Shown here: positions 1-12,772 of the stretch, piece by piece
Numbering within the stretch: the stretch's first letter is position 1
Layout of the letters: the number at the start of each line of letters is the position of its first letter
From: Hydrolagus colliei
Taxonomy: Eukaryota
Reading direction: 5' to 3'
NCBI GenBank assembly: GCA_035084275.1
Contig: CM068746.1
Location: 41,726,001 to 41,790,000 of the forward strand
Length of the DNA stretch: 64,000 nt
The notes under the pieces: generated by a model
What the model was told of the DNA's origin: nothing
Databases searched by the model: none
What the model saw: the letters and a program-made list of their open reading frames with translations, nothing else
Position numbers and translations under genes: made by a program

Positions 1-275
1 ATTCACTTTGCAGTATATTCTGTGAAGCGCTTTGAGACATTTCGAAGACACGAGAAGGCGCAATATGTTCTTTACAGTACAGTATATCAAATCTAAGGAT
101 TATCTAAGATTTAATTTTGTTGTCAATGAACCCAGGCTTCCCCCGTGGGAGAGAAGCACTGGACCTCAATGCAGGAATCCCAATCTTTGTAACCCAAGCA
201 TTTTGTTTTAATTTGCTCTTTATATCAATCAACTGTGAGATCAGACGTTTAGCAAAAGTGTCAAGAAGTTTTTAC

Positions 276-327
276 CTGCTGCGTTCGTGAAGATCGTCCA
301 ACTCAATACCAGAACAGAAATCAACAT
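276..327 (-). CDS. First coding (signal-peptide) exon of a secreted protein gene running off the left edge; probably a paralog of the C-type lectin at 10465-17250
   Basis: Acceptor ttttctgtttag (exon starts at 348), ATG at 327, reads MLISVLVLSWTIFTNAA, phase-1 donor G|gtaaa. The leader tgaaaggaaacttcagcaaaATGTT resembles tgaaagaaagtgtcagcaaaATGTT of the lectin exon at 10439-10510. Confidence 0.6.
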
Positions 328-1959
328 TTTGCTGAAGTTTCCTTTCAACTAAACAGAAAAGGGTACAACATAAAAGCTTTCTGTGATGAACTTGACATGG
401 ATCATAAATGAATTGTATAAAATCCTAATATCTCCATGCTCCTTGCCCTCACTTGGCAAGCCAGGGCTATAGTTCCATTTGACGGTATCCGGTTATAAAC
501 TACCTTTTGTTGTAAACACACAAATTTCAGAAAAAGCATATTTAATTTAACCCTTTGCATACGGAGGACGTCTCACAAAAATTCATACCAAGTTTGTGTT
601 GTAGTATTCGTTGATTCTGAAGTGCTCGGAAAGCTAGTTTATTTCAGCCTTGCCTATTCCAAGTGCTCTGCAGATTTTTAGCCCAAATTCTCAACCTTCT
701 GTTTTTCCACAGGTGAACAGAACGGATCTGAGCAACCCTAAGCCATCAAACTCGCTGTATATACAACCTATATGTGTGCCAACTTATAAACTCAGAGCTG
801 CGTTCTGCATAGAAAGTCGCTCCCACTTATGTCCATGCTTTTCAAATTGAATAACTAAACAACCGATATGCGTAAATAACAACAGATTGCATTATCCTAC
901 ATCAAACAGAAATGCACATAGGGTTATAGGCCCTTAATATTGTCCCTCTCCAAGACTTCTACAGGCAACTTGACAGAATTTTTATTACAAAAGGACATTA
1001 CCAGTGGTTCACTCCTCCCGTCCTCTTCCCAACACTTCACAGAAAGCGTTTCTCACTTATGCCTTTGCAAAGTGTTTTGAACCCACTGGACGCCATTGGC
1101 CAAGGGACTTGTCAGTCATATGCAGTCGCTGCCTTTCCTGCCACCCACAAAACCCCACCTGAGATAGTGCAGGGCAATGCTTGTTCCCTGATGTTGGTGC
1201 TATTTGATTTAAGGCAGTTTTTTTTTAATGTGTTCATAACTCCATGACATTGCAAGAGCTTTAACCTGGAAATTTATGTAACGCACATCAATGAAGCTGG
1301 ATCACAATGACTGGACCAGACATAACCTTAGCCAGACCAATTTGGTGTCACAGACTCCAGAAGTAACAGAATACTTACCCTACCACCAGTAGGACGTCTG
1401 CACGTAACCTATACCATAAGCCCCAATCATACCTATGTGATGTTAGGAAACTATCAATGTTCTGTTAAGTGATCCGAGACAAACCTCGCTATACAAATGC
1501 AAGTTGTTAAATCTGACACTTTTCCATGTCTCATTCTCCTCAACCAAGTTTTTTTGCCAAATATCTATCCAATTCTCTTAAATATTCTGCTCCAATCTGC
1601 TCCCATCACCTGCCCAGGCCAATCCAAATATAGCATTCACTGTGTAAAGTCTGTGAATCTCGCTCTGTATTCTCAGACCAACTTAGACTTGTATTTCAAT
1701 ACCTCTTATCAATACCTATTTATATCTTGAAAACTTCAATAAGATCTCCCCCCAAAGCCTCCCCTTCTCTAATGTGAACATTACTGGCTCCCGTAACCTC
1801 TCCACAACTCAAATGATTAATTTTATCACTTTTAAACTAAATCATGTGGAGGATGTGAGGAGGAAGAGTGTGTAGCACATCAGGTTTGGAGCTTGGATGC
1901 AACAATGGAGGAAAGTTCAAAGACCCACATGACCACAGTTGTAGAGTATGTACCAGTGG

Positions 1960-3506
1960 TGGGGAAACGTCTAGAGACTACAATCCAGGACAAAATAAAT
2001 TTTCACTTAGAAAGATATGGGTTAATCAAGGACAGCCAACGCAGATTATTTAAGGCAAATCGTGTCTAACAAACCTGCTGGAGTTTTTTGACAAAGTAAA
2101 GGAGCGGGTGGATGAAGGCAGTGCAGTTCATAGAATCATAGAGTTGTACAACGCAAAAGGAGGCCATTCGGCCCTTCAAGTCTGTTTCCACTGGTGGGCG
2201 AGTCCGTGACTTGAGATCACAGATTTAAAGTCGTTTCAAAACGAAGCAGAGGGGAGCTGAGGAGAAATGTTTTCACTCAGCGGGTTGTTTGAATCTGGAA
2301 TGCATTGCCTGAAAAGGTGGTGGAGGCCGATTCCATAGCAGCTTTTAAAAGGGAATTAGATCTTTATTTAGGGAGAACGGGTCTGTTAGGCTATGGGGAG
2401 AGAGCTGGACAGTGGGATTGAATCGCTCTTTTCAAAGAGCCGGCACAGACCAGATGGGCCGAATGGCCTCCTTTAGTGCCGTAAAATTCCATGATTCTAT
2501 GATTCTGTGTTGGCTCTTTGAAAAGAGCTTTTCTAAGTCAATCCCACTCCCCGGCTCTCTGCATATCCGTCCTCCCCAATCGATAAAGTACCACATAAGA
2601 GGCTTGTAAACAAAATAGGAGCCCACGGTATTAAAGGGACAGTAACAGCAACTGGCTGGGAGACAGAAAGCAGAGAGGTTGTTTTTCTAACTGCAGAGAA
2701 GTGTGCAATGGTGTCCCCTACGGGTCGGTATTGGGACCACTGCTCTTTTAATTCCATCTAAATCACCTGGACTTGGGGAAAAGGGAATATATTTCCAAGT
2801 TTGCAGATGATACGAAGCTGGGATAAGTAGTAAACAGTGAGGAGGATAGTAGCAGTCTGCAAGAGGATGTAGACAGACTGGTAAACTGGGCAGACACAGG
2901 GCAGATTAAATTTAATGTGAATAAATGCAAAGTGAATCATTTTGGGTGGAACAATGAGAGGCAAAATAAGCTAGATGGTAGAATCTTCAAGTAGGTGAAG
3001 AATACCGTGTTTAGTTCTGGGCACCACACTTTAGGAAAGATATCAGTGCATTGGGGAGGGTGAAAAGGGGATTTATCAGGTTGGTAACAGGAATGAGGGA
3101 CTTCAGTTATCAGGAGAGGCTAGAAAAGCTAGGAATGTACTCCTAAACAAAGTTAAGATGAGATTTAATAGAAGTTTTCAAAATTATGAGGGGATTAGAT
3201 AGGGTGAACAAGGAGAAACTGTTTCTATGGGCGAATGGGTCTATAACCCAACGATACCAATTTAAAATAGTTGTTAAAAGAAACAGAGGGGAGGAGAAAT
3301 TGTTTCATGAAGCGAGTTGTTCAGTGGAAGCCGATTCGATAACAACTTTTAAGAGAGAAATAGATATTTATTTGGAGAGGACGCACTTGCAGGGCTATGG
3401 AGAAAGCATAGGGCAGTAGGATTGACTTGGACAACTGTTTTCAATGAGTTGGCAAAGACACGATGGGCCGAATGGCCTCCTTCTGTGCTGTATACTTCTA
3501 TGATTT
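1960..3506 (+). mobile_element. Degenerate CR1 LINE (RT region and 3' end) with nested CR1 3'-end insertions at ~2129-2580
   Basis: Broken RT motifs (KGKSCLTNLLEFFD, SKFADDTKL) and 3' UTR atgggccgaatggcctccttctgtgctg...tctatgatt; similar to the copy at 35187-36531. Boundaries approximate. Confidence 0.85.
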
Positions 3507-5392
3507 CATTCCACTCTCTAGCTCACACACACTCCATTCTTTAATATTCACTTTTTCAAAACATTCATCTCATTCTCTTTTGAAGCGACTCTATTTCAAC
3601 CACGGTTGATAGAAGAGAAGGTGTTCTCTATGTGAAGAAGACTTTTCTAACCTTTAATTCCTCTTACAATTATCTCACATGTGTTTCTTAAGTTACTCAT
3701 CAACCAGTGGAACGTATCTATTGCTTTTAATTGACCATTGTTATTTATCCTAGCAATACCCTTTGTAATATTAAAGATTTGCATGATGTTTGTCGTGTCC
3801 TCAACTTCAATTAAACGTCCCAAAGTCCCAAATAAGCTTCCCTAAAAGCGCTATATCAAGTAGTACAATTGATGGCTAAGACACGCAATGTACAAAGCAT
3901 TTACTACTTGTTCAGATAAAGTAAGTGGCTCTAATAGGAAATTTAAAGGGACTTGGGCAGATATACGAGTTAGGCGATTATAGGGTTCTGAAGTATGCAA
4001 GTTTTACTGTAGCTTCCAATTTGCAATGATATCTTGGGTAGAGAGACGAATATAGAAGCCACCTAGGAATATATCAACTCTGCTCAATTACCCTCTTCAG
4101 GACATAAATTAACCTGGATCGTGTCCACAATGAGATACAATTGTACAAATAATGCGATTTAAGTGCGTTTGCTCATGTCATGTTTTCTTAATTGATTGAG
4201 TGAAGTCCAGGGCCCTCTTGTGGCCATAACTATGCTGTTTGGTTCTGTCCTGTGACCAGGTTAGCTCAGGAACAACAACAACAACAACAACAACATTACA
4301 TTTATAGAGCGCCTTTCACGTCGGGAGGACGTCCCAAGGTGCTGAACAATTAGGTCGGGAACCATAGGAACCATAAAGAAAGATCATCAAGAGTATTTTG
4401 TCTTCTGCAATCTCTGGAAACCAATGGTCCTAAAGTCAAGGAGATAAAAGCTCCAAAGAATTTTCGAGTTGGGTTTCTAGAATCAAGAACCCCTCGAAAC
4501 TACAGTGTTATAAGGTTGCTCTAACCCACAGACAACAGAAACAACTTTCAAATCATGCAACTAACCTGCAAATTAAACTCATGCTCCTAGCATTCATCTC
4601 AAAACTCGGAAGAGATAAAAACAGAAAAGGCAAAATACCGACCAGGAACATTTGATTCTCAAAAAACAAGAGCAACAGTTAAAATCGGCCAGTCTTCATC
4701 GAAAGCCTGTTTCAGTCCATGACCATGAGAAAAGGCATGTCTGTCTTGTGAACCTGTCAGAGGATAATGCTGTTCACAGCGGAGTCTTAAGACTCCCACT
4801 GTTTGCACTACTCTTCAAAGTGTCTGCTCCCTCTCAAACAAATCTCTAACCATCCATGACCTCATCCGCCTCCTTGGGCTAACAGAAACCCAGCTGGCCA
4901 CCCTTCCCTGAAGCTTCCCCGCCTGAATACACATTCCAACAAACCCTTACGTGATTATACTTCTTGGGATGGAGGTGAGCAAGGTCTCTTTGCTAGGCTG
5001 CATCCACCTCCTACCCGCTGTACTCCTGTCCTCCTTCATGTCTTCTACATCGCACATATCTTCTGGAACTCTTCCCACTATCGCTCCTTTGCCCCCATTT
5101 CTCCTTTGTCCCTTTTAACCATCGTCACATAAGTGTCAGATTAAATTCCCGGCTGTCCTTCCTACATCTGTTCCCTGACCAGGACTGCTTTCCTCTACAT
5201 CCACCACATCTCCAGATCTCCAACCATAACTCTTACCTATTGCCACTGAAATCCATTTTCTAATTGTTAATTTCCACCTCGATTTTTCCAATCCACTGCA
5301 TCTGGTCTCCTCAGCTCCACCACCAGGAACAGCCAATTAATCAAAAACTCTGCTGTCCAGATTTTTACTCGCACCAAATTCCGTAGCCTGAT

Positions 5393-5660
5393 CATAGAAA
5401 CAGGAGTAGGCCATTCAGCCCTTCGAGCCTGTTCCACCATTGAATTAGAGCATGGCTGATGTGTACCTCTACAAATCCTTTCAATTCCAATTTCCCACTT
5501 TCTCCCCGTATCCCTTAATAGCCTAACCTACCACAAATCTATCAATCTCACTCTTGAAGGTGTGGATGGATCCAGCTTCCATAACCTTTTGGGGGAGAGA
5601 ATTCCAGATTTTCACCATCCTTTGACTGAAAAAAGGCTTCCTGATTTCGCTCTTAAACGG
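5393..5660 (-). mobile_element. CR1-type 3' fragment inserted in L2-like remnant
   Basis: catagaaacaggagtaggccattcagcccttcgagcctgttccaccatt is the reverse of a CR1 3' UTR; flanked by L2-like sequence. Confidence 0.6.
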
Positions 5661-6381
5661 CCTCACTCCTCACCTAGTTCCACCGGCTCCCTATTGCAGA
5701 ATGGATCAATGTCAAGATCCTCAAATTCACATTTAAAGCACTTCATGCCTTGGCGTCTTCTTACCTCTCTGACTTATTTAAACTTTGGTCCCTCTACCTG
5801 TCCATTCGCTCACCTGGCTCCAGCCTCCTGCAGTTCCCTCGTCTCCTCTGTTGCACCTTCAGCAGACCTGAGACTCTGAAATTCTCTGCCTTAACCTCTC
5901 CCACTTATTCCTGATTGAGCGTCTTTAGATCACATCTAAAGACCTTCTTCAACCGTGTCTCCCCTCCCACCCTGGCTGGCTTGGTATCAAGCTCTATCAC
6001 TGCCAAGCTCTCCATCCAATACTCTCCATCCAAGCTCTGTCACTGCCAAGCTCTCCATCCTCACGATGTGGCGTTATATGATGGCAAGTTGTTGTGGTTA
6101 TTGCTAAGTCACACAACTGGAGGCAACAGGCATATAAAATCACATACACACTGACTGAACAGTCACTAGCTTTCTCAATTGGAATCACCAAGAGCAAAAT
6201 CATTCAGTTAAAGGGCCATCATCTCCAGGCAATTCAAGAGAATTCTCTAAAGGATTGTGTGACGATTCCTAAGTGTGTGACATGGATACTCCAGCTCTAT
6301 TATCCCAGCACAGAGTGAGCAAGTACACATGAAAACAACAGTATCACCCAATAGTATCAATTCATGCTTCACGCTTTCTGT

Positions 6382-6750
6382 GGAGTCCTGGTTAGTAGCT
6401 CACTGGTTAGAGCACTCACCTCTCAAGTGAGAAACCTGGGTTCGATTCCGGGCAGGGCAAAACTTTGGGCAAGTTTCCTTACTCCACACGCCTAATGATA
6501 TTCTCTCAAGAAAAAACCCCCCAATAATAAATTAGTCACTTTGATCCACGACTGTTTGTGGGACACCGATGTGCACAAGTAGCTGCTGCGTTTCTCCCAC
6601 AATAACACAACAAAATCACATTTGTATAGTATGCTTTTCACATCCCAAATATCGTCAATTCACTTCACAGCACATTCTGTGAAGCACTTTGAGAGTCCTG
6701 AAGATGTGAAAAGCGCAATATCAAATGGAAGGATTACTATTACTATTATT
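6382..6750 (+). mobile_element. tRNA-derived SINE, near full length
   Basis: Head with A/B-box-like tagctcactggttagagc...gggttcgattcc, core ctgtttgtgggacac...gctgcgtttc, tail aaatggaaggatta(tta)n; many copies in window. Confidence 0.85.
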
Positions 6751-7236
6751 AGGAGAGATTTTCATGAAGCTTCCATTATTGGTGACCACTCTGTATCTGA
6801 TTCCAATATGTCCTGGTTCCACATCACTTTCCTTTGATTCCCACATCAGGTAAAAACAGTGAACGCAACATTGATTTGGTTTCTTGATGGTGTCGGCAGC
6901 ATTTTAAGATAGTATTGGGTCTAACGTTAGTATGAACGCAGTTCATGAGAGGTTTGTTTCAGATGTTTAGGACCGTGCCACTATACAAAGTGAGGCATGG
7001 ACAGAGGGTTGGAAAATGGACAGATTACAGGGATTGGCCAGATTTACCTGATGCTTTGACTCAGAGGTCTGTTTTGGGATGAGATAAACATGATCAGGAC
7101 ATAGACATGCGTAAAAAGGAAAGGGTATTATCATTTGTAGATGTTATCTAATGGGAAGGTACCACAAACCAATCAGAAGTCCAATCTGGTACATGCTTCA
7201 CAACTTCTATCCACACTCCATGCCTCCACCTTCATC

Positions 7237-7310
7237 CCTGCCTCCCTGCCTGCCTCCCTGCCTGCCTGCCTGCCAACCTGCCTGCCTGCCAACCTGCCTG
7301 CCTGCCTGCC
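7237..7310. repeat. (CCTG)n microsatellite
   Basis: Imperfect cctg tandem array seen directly. Confidence 0.95.
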
Positions 7311-7989
7311 ACGAGTCTCAGGAACACATTAAACATATTGTAGTCTCCCATCTCATCTAGATAAAACATACTTAGCAATCTCAGATCGAAAGTCGTTTGC
7401 TCCTCCTTCAGACTTACCACTGACGTGTGACAGGACGGGTGGGCCTATGTTGCAATGTGGCACAATTTGACTGGTAACTCTCTGCCCAAGTGGCCAAGAC
7501 TCCCTCCCCTTTTCCCTGGTTATTAATGGTAAATTTGACCAAACCTAATGTCAGCTCCTCGTCCTCCCCGCAGCGTGCAGGGTGGGAACGGCAGGTTTTG
7601 CCTTGTTTTAGACGCACATCATGGGATTTCAATCGTGACCACCTTCCCATGCAAGCAAACAGCAACGACATCAACCAGTTTCAGCCATTTCAAGCATCAG
7701 ACGATCATTGTTTAAGCTCATGACTCTGTAAAGATGTAAAAGAGCGATTAAAGGTATAGAGCAAAGGGCAAACTCAATAAACATCAGCCCACAGCAGTCC
7801 ACATTAAACCCCTCCTGAGTGGAGCTCTGGCTGCCACCCACAATACTGTATCAGCTCTCACTTCCCACCCCGGTCTCCACCATGATCCCTCTCGGACAGA
7901 TGGTAAAATCAAACAATGCCACTTCATAGCAACAGGGTCACTCAGCCCGTAAGGTCACTCAGCCAGTTTCGTAAACAGAGACCCTCGGA

Positions 7990-8570
7990 AATGACCAGGT
8001 CAAGGGGACGGCAAATTATCCGAATTGAAGGCTTTGTGTGCAGGTTAAGGGGAGGAAGGAGCATGGAGAAGTTGGTAAGGATAAGAAAGGGGCAAAGTGG
8101 ACTCTAAAGTTACCCAAGGAGTAGAAGTGACGGGGAGAAAGGTACCAGGAATGATGGCGCATTCAAGGGATCGGCTGTGTGTGGTGGAATTTATATAGTG
8201 GGTAGGCTTGGTTGAGCCGAGCAGTGAGCAGAGTTTGGTAGAGATGGGACAAGTAGGAATCATTGAAGACTGAAGTTGCCCATGATGAAGATATGCTTGG
8301 AGCTGAAGCTCAGGGTGAAGAGGAGGGTGGAGAATTCAGCGAGAAGACCATTAGGAGGCTCTGAATAAGTAGTAAACATTGAGGATCTTGAGGGAGACAT
8401 GAGACGGACGGCAAAGAGTGAGTGAGGTGTTTGAAGGCAGAAAACACTCGAGAGGAGAAAGAAGGACCAATAGAAGATTTAGGAGGGAAATGAGTGGGGA
8501 CGTTGACAGCAGAGGAAAGAAAAGAAGCAGTTATGAGAAATTGGAAAGGGAACAAGAGTGACAAGTGCTG
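7990..8570 (-). mobile_element. Degenerate L2-like LINE fragment
   Basis: Purine-rich antisense sequence resembling the region between LINE endonuclease and RT; no intact frame. Confidence 0.4.
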
Positions 8571-8639
8571 TGATCATTGAGCAAGAAAACAGGTCAACCA
8601 GGCAAGCCCTAAGCTTACCTTATTTGAAGCATCAACTTA

Positions 8640-9150
8640 TGAGAACCTAAGGATTTGCTTGGCGAAGGAAGACCAAGGTCCATCCAGTTCACCTTCCACC
8701 ATCCTGGCAGTCACATGTCATGTCCCAAACTATATATTGTATCCAAAGATATTATTTCCTCACATAAATCTAGCTAATTTATTCTTGAAAGAATCAATAC
8801 TTTCTGTTTCCACTGACTCCCTAGGGAGCCTGTTCCTTAGGTTTACTGCTTCGCTCACTGAAGTAGTGTTTCTGCAGATTTGTTCTGAATTTACCCTCCT
8901 TCAATCACAGACTGCGTCCTCTGTACTATTCAGTACAAGATAAAACATGGTCCACAATATCTCATCCCTTTAGAATCTTAACGTCCATAATTACGTCACC
9001 CCTCAACCTTCCCTTCTCCAGTGTGAACATGCCCAGTTTACCCATTCGCTCCTTGTAGCCCAGATTCCTTTTTACCTCAATCGTTTTGGTTGTCCTCCTC
9101 TGTATCCTCTCAATTACTGCTAAATCCTTTTTGTATTGTAGGGATCAGAA
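8640..9150 (-). mobile_element. Old CR1 3' fragment
   Basis: Antisense CR1 C-terminal motifs (tcacccctcaaccttcccttctccagtgtgaacat, tcctcctctgtatcctctcaa). Confidence 0.6.
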
Positions 9151-9225
9151 TCGTCAATCAGGACCCCATCCACCCAGGTTCTTTTCATTTTCCATACACA
9201 TTATTTTTGCTTCCATTTAAATATT

Positions 9226-9566
9226 TGCAGCTCAGTGGTTAGAGCACTCGCCCAACAAGCGAGAGATCAGAGTTTGATTCCCGGCAGTGAGAAATGTTAC
9301 ACCTTATTCTACATGACTCCGTTTACCTGGCAGTAAGTCACAACCCAGTTGCTAGTTGATTGGCGGATCACATTTCAGCAGGTAATAATTCCTTCAAAAA
9401 AAACTACTACTAATAATAGATTGGTCACTTAAATCTACGGCCGTGTGTGGGACACTGCCGTGCGCTATTGGCTGCGTTTCTCCCACAAAATATACAGTCA
9501 ATTCTACACATTGAGATGTTTCAAGGACATAATAAGGCCCTATATCAAAGGCAAGGATTATTATTA
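9226..9566 (+). mobile_element. tRNA-derived SINE
   Basis: gctcagtggttagagcactcgcc head, same core and gcaaggatta(tta)n tail. Confidence 0.8.
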
Positions 9567-10269
9567 AATAATACAGTAGTCCCTTCCTGGATCTCTTGTC
9601 CCCATGTGAAGTACTTTGCATTTTTCTACATTTAGTTTAATCTCCCATTAATCTGCCCAATTACCCAGTATATTCCAGTCCTCCTGTAACCTATCCTCTG
9701 CTTGTCTTTGCAGTCTATCACCTTCATTAGTCTTGTGTCATCCGCACTTGTGCTTGTGACTCCTAGCTCCAGATCATTTCTGAAGAGAATTCCCGGATGT
9801 TTTTTTTCTCCACACCTCATGGTTGTGTTTGTGATAGACAGAGAAATAGTTCATTCTATTCTGTGTGGGGACTGCTTGTGCTAGGTCTCTGCTAACTCTG
9901 AGTAAGTAGTAAAAGTTCTTATTTACCCTCAATTGGCAGCTGACCCAACATTTTATGCAGCCCAATAAATAAAACTGTCTGAGTTGGGTCTGAAATTGGC
10001 ATCTCCACCAACAATCTGACTAAACTGAGTCATTTTGATTTTTAACAGTAGATACCATCTCTACATTCAAAGTGTGGAAAGTTAATGGGTTTTGTTCTGG
10101 GGCTGGCTCTGTAGGTCAGACTCACATGATTGGTCCAGGTTTACCAATACCAGAAGGATAGAATTAGAGCCACAAAAACCCAGTCTTTCATGCTCTAAAT
10201 ATGGTCCCCATTGTGTGATTCATAACAAAACTTTAAACAGCTTAAAAGGTCTCGCTCTGCAGTTACCCT

Positions 10270-10341
10270 TGTTTATTATTGCTGGAGATTGGAGTCCAGC
10301 TTTGCTGGTGCCTCGCTCACTATCCCGACTGACACTGTGAG
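10270..10341 (+). other. Candidate non-coding first exon of the C-type lectin gene
   Basis: Donor gag|gtatgc at 10341/10342 gives a 97-nt intron to the acceptor at 10438. The 5' boundary is a guess. Confidence 0.3.
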
Positions 10342-10464
10342 GTATGCAGCCATTCAGTAAAATTCTTCATTTCAAGATCGTCCGTTTCGAATTGTGTTTA
10401 TTTTGCTTTTTTTTTCTCCTTCGTTTTGTTCTATTTAGAGCTGGTGAAAGAAAGTGTCAGCAAA

Positions 10465-10510
10465 ATGTTACATCTGACTCTATTGATCCTGGTCGTCCCT
10501 GCTGGTACAG
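10465..10510 (+). CDS. C-type lectin coding exon 1 (signal peptide MLHLTLLILVVPAGT)
   Basis: Acceptor ctatttag at 10438, cagcaaaATG, hydrophobic stretch, phase-1 donor G|gtaat matching next exon. Confidence 0.8.
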
Positions 10511-10966
10511 GTAATACTCTCCTTTCTCTTCTCAGAACGCGGGTGTGATCCTCACCAACCCAGAGTGGGTCAGCGTCAGGGTTTACTGTGCTCGTAGGAA
10601 ACAGTCCTTTGCATTCCATTGTTGTTTATTCGCACTGCCATATCTCACTGGCGTAAGGGTGAAGCCCTCTTCGAGTGTCTTCTCAAGTCAAACAAACAAT
10701 TTGGATAAAATGAGCTGGTTGTTAAAGCATGTTTTTAATTTCATTTTCCCTTATTTGTTTCTCGGGTCAGTTGTGTGACTAACACTTCTGGAAACCCATC
10801 ACCTTGCTTAAGTGTATCCAAACGGGACTGAGAGTCTACTTACATATGTATGCCACCCACACATGGAAATATTCCCATGTATGACATGAAATGTATGCTT
10901 GGGGAGTGTGTGTTGAGATATCACTGGAGTCCAACCAGTTAAAACCTCATTGCTTATGGCAATGTT

Positions 10967-11262
10967 GTAACTCAGTGGTTAGAGCGCTCGCCTTACAAGC
11001 GTGAGACCTGTGTTCGAATCCAGGTAGGTCAGGGTGAAACCTTGGACAAGTTTCCTTATTCCACGTCTAATAATAATCCCTAAAAAAAATTGGTAATTTC
11101 AATCCATGACTGTTTGTGGAACACTGGTCTGCGCAATTGGCTGCCGCGTTTTGCTCTCAAATATACAGTCAATGCACTTTACAGTATATTATGTGAAGCG
11201 CTTTGAGACGTCTAGAAGATATGAAAAGCGCTATATCAAATGCAAGGATTATTATTATCATT
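10967..11262 (+). mobile_element. tRNA-derived SINE
   Basis: ctcagtggttagagcgctcgcc...gttcgaatcc head; aaatgcaaggattattattat tail. Confidence 0.85.
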
Positions 11263-11822
11263 GAGAGCCTAGTTTGGCAAGTGTTCCTGCTGCGTCTTCA
11301 GCTGCCAATGACCACAGGTCTATCTCGCTACTAAAACCATTTCTCTTAAGAATGGTTCACCCATTGAACAAATGTGTTCACCATTTACCACTAAATCTAA
11401 CCAACCCTAAAACCATTTGTTTGAAAGAAACATTTATAGTTTCCTTTAGAACTTCAGTAACCTGTAATGCCAATAATACTTTGTGATGCCAACTATTTTC
11501 TCAGCATATATGACCGCCTGGCTCAGATGATAGTAATCTTGATCAAAATATTGTGAGTTTAAACCCCAAATCAAGTCTTTGAGCTCATAATTCAAGCTGA
11601 CACTCCAGTGCAGTGTTGTAGGGTTGCTACACTATCAGAGTTGCTGTCCTTTGGATGAGATGACCTAAACTAAGTCCCCTCTGGTGTCAAGCCTGAGAAG
11701 AGTGTCAGGCTTGACACCAGACCAGCCAGACTTGCTACTATCACTGGGAATAGGGATTTTTCCCACTCGATTCACGATAACCCTGCAAACCAAAGCAAAA
11801 CTGACAATGCCCATGGACCTTG

Positions 11823-11903
11823 TGTTGGGAGTACTGCAGACCTCCAGTACTGGTCAAGGACAGAAGAACTCAGGCTGCCTATTTGATTAATATGTCCGGT
11901 TGA
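11823..11903 (+). repeat. ~80-bp direct repeat, copy 1
   Basis: tgttgggagtactgcaga...atgtccggttga repeated at 12693-12772 with 3 differences. Confidence 0.9.
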
Positions 11904-12190
11904 CAAACTGGTCACTTTGGACCAGATTAACTCCAAGGGGACCTGTTTTACCCCTTCCCACCCAAGCAGGTGAGTCACAAATTGGTTATTTGACATCTAT
12001 CAAGCCCAGTTTAAAAATCCCATTCACCTCAAATTACTATGGCCCAAACTCTGTCCATAGAATTTGGATCATACTAGATTCTTCTTATACCTGCACTTCG
12101 GTATTCAATGTGAATAATTTAGAAATAATAACTAGAGTGAAGTTCTAGGATCTGGGAATTCTGTTCTGAAATAATCATCTTTTTGTTCAG

Positions 12191-12591
12191 CTTTTGCAGC
12201 AAAGAATTCATATGGAAACGAAGATAACAAATACATGGATAGAGTTGGAAAACCTTTCTTTGGAGTTAAAAAAGACACAACTACATCTGGACCGAAAGAA
12301 CAACCTGGCTACGAACCCATCAACCAACCTAGCTATGAACCAATGAACGAACCATATTTCTATGATGATCCTCCGAAAAACAGTGTCCCATTGTCTTATG
12401 CCCCCGTTAACTGGTATGCTGGTAAACCATCCAGCTTTGAAATGACAAAGGATAAATTCACCCTGGCTGCTGATCGAACTTGTAAAGATGTATCTGGCAT
12501 TTGTAAAGGCGCTTGCAGAGATGGCTATGTTGCTTTGAATGGCGTTTGTTACAAATACATCCACCTCCAACTGTGCTTCGCTGATGCAGAG
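12191..12591 (+). CDS. C-type lectin coding exon 2 (Tyr/Pro-rich N-terminal region and start of CTLD)
   Basis: ttttgttcag| AFAAKNSY...QPGYEPINQPSYEPMNEPY...CRDGYVALNGVCYKYIHLQLCFADAE |gtaacg; overlaps ORF 12235..12672. Confidence 0.9.
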
Positions 12592-12692
12592 GTAACGTAC
12601 CCAAGATTTCAGTTACGTTATGAGCGGTATATTATTGTTCCATTGTTGATCACCGTTTCAGTGAGAAAATAGATTTTGCTTTGCCTCAAACC

Positions 12693-12772
12693 TGTTGGGA
12701 GTACTGCAGACTCCAGTATTGGTCAAGGACAGAATAACTCAGGCTGCCTATTTGATTAATATGTCCGGTTGA
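12693..12772 (+). repeat. ~80-bp direct repeat, copy 2
   Basis: Near-identical to 11823-11903. Confidence 0.9.
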
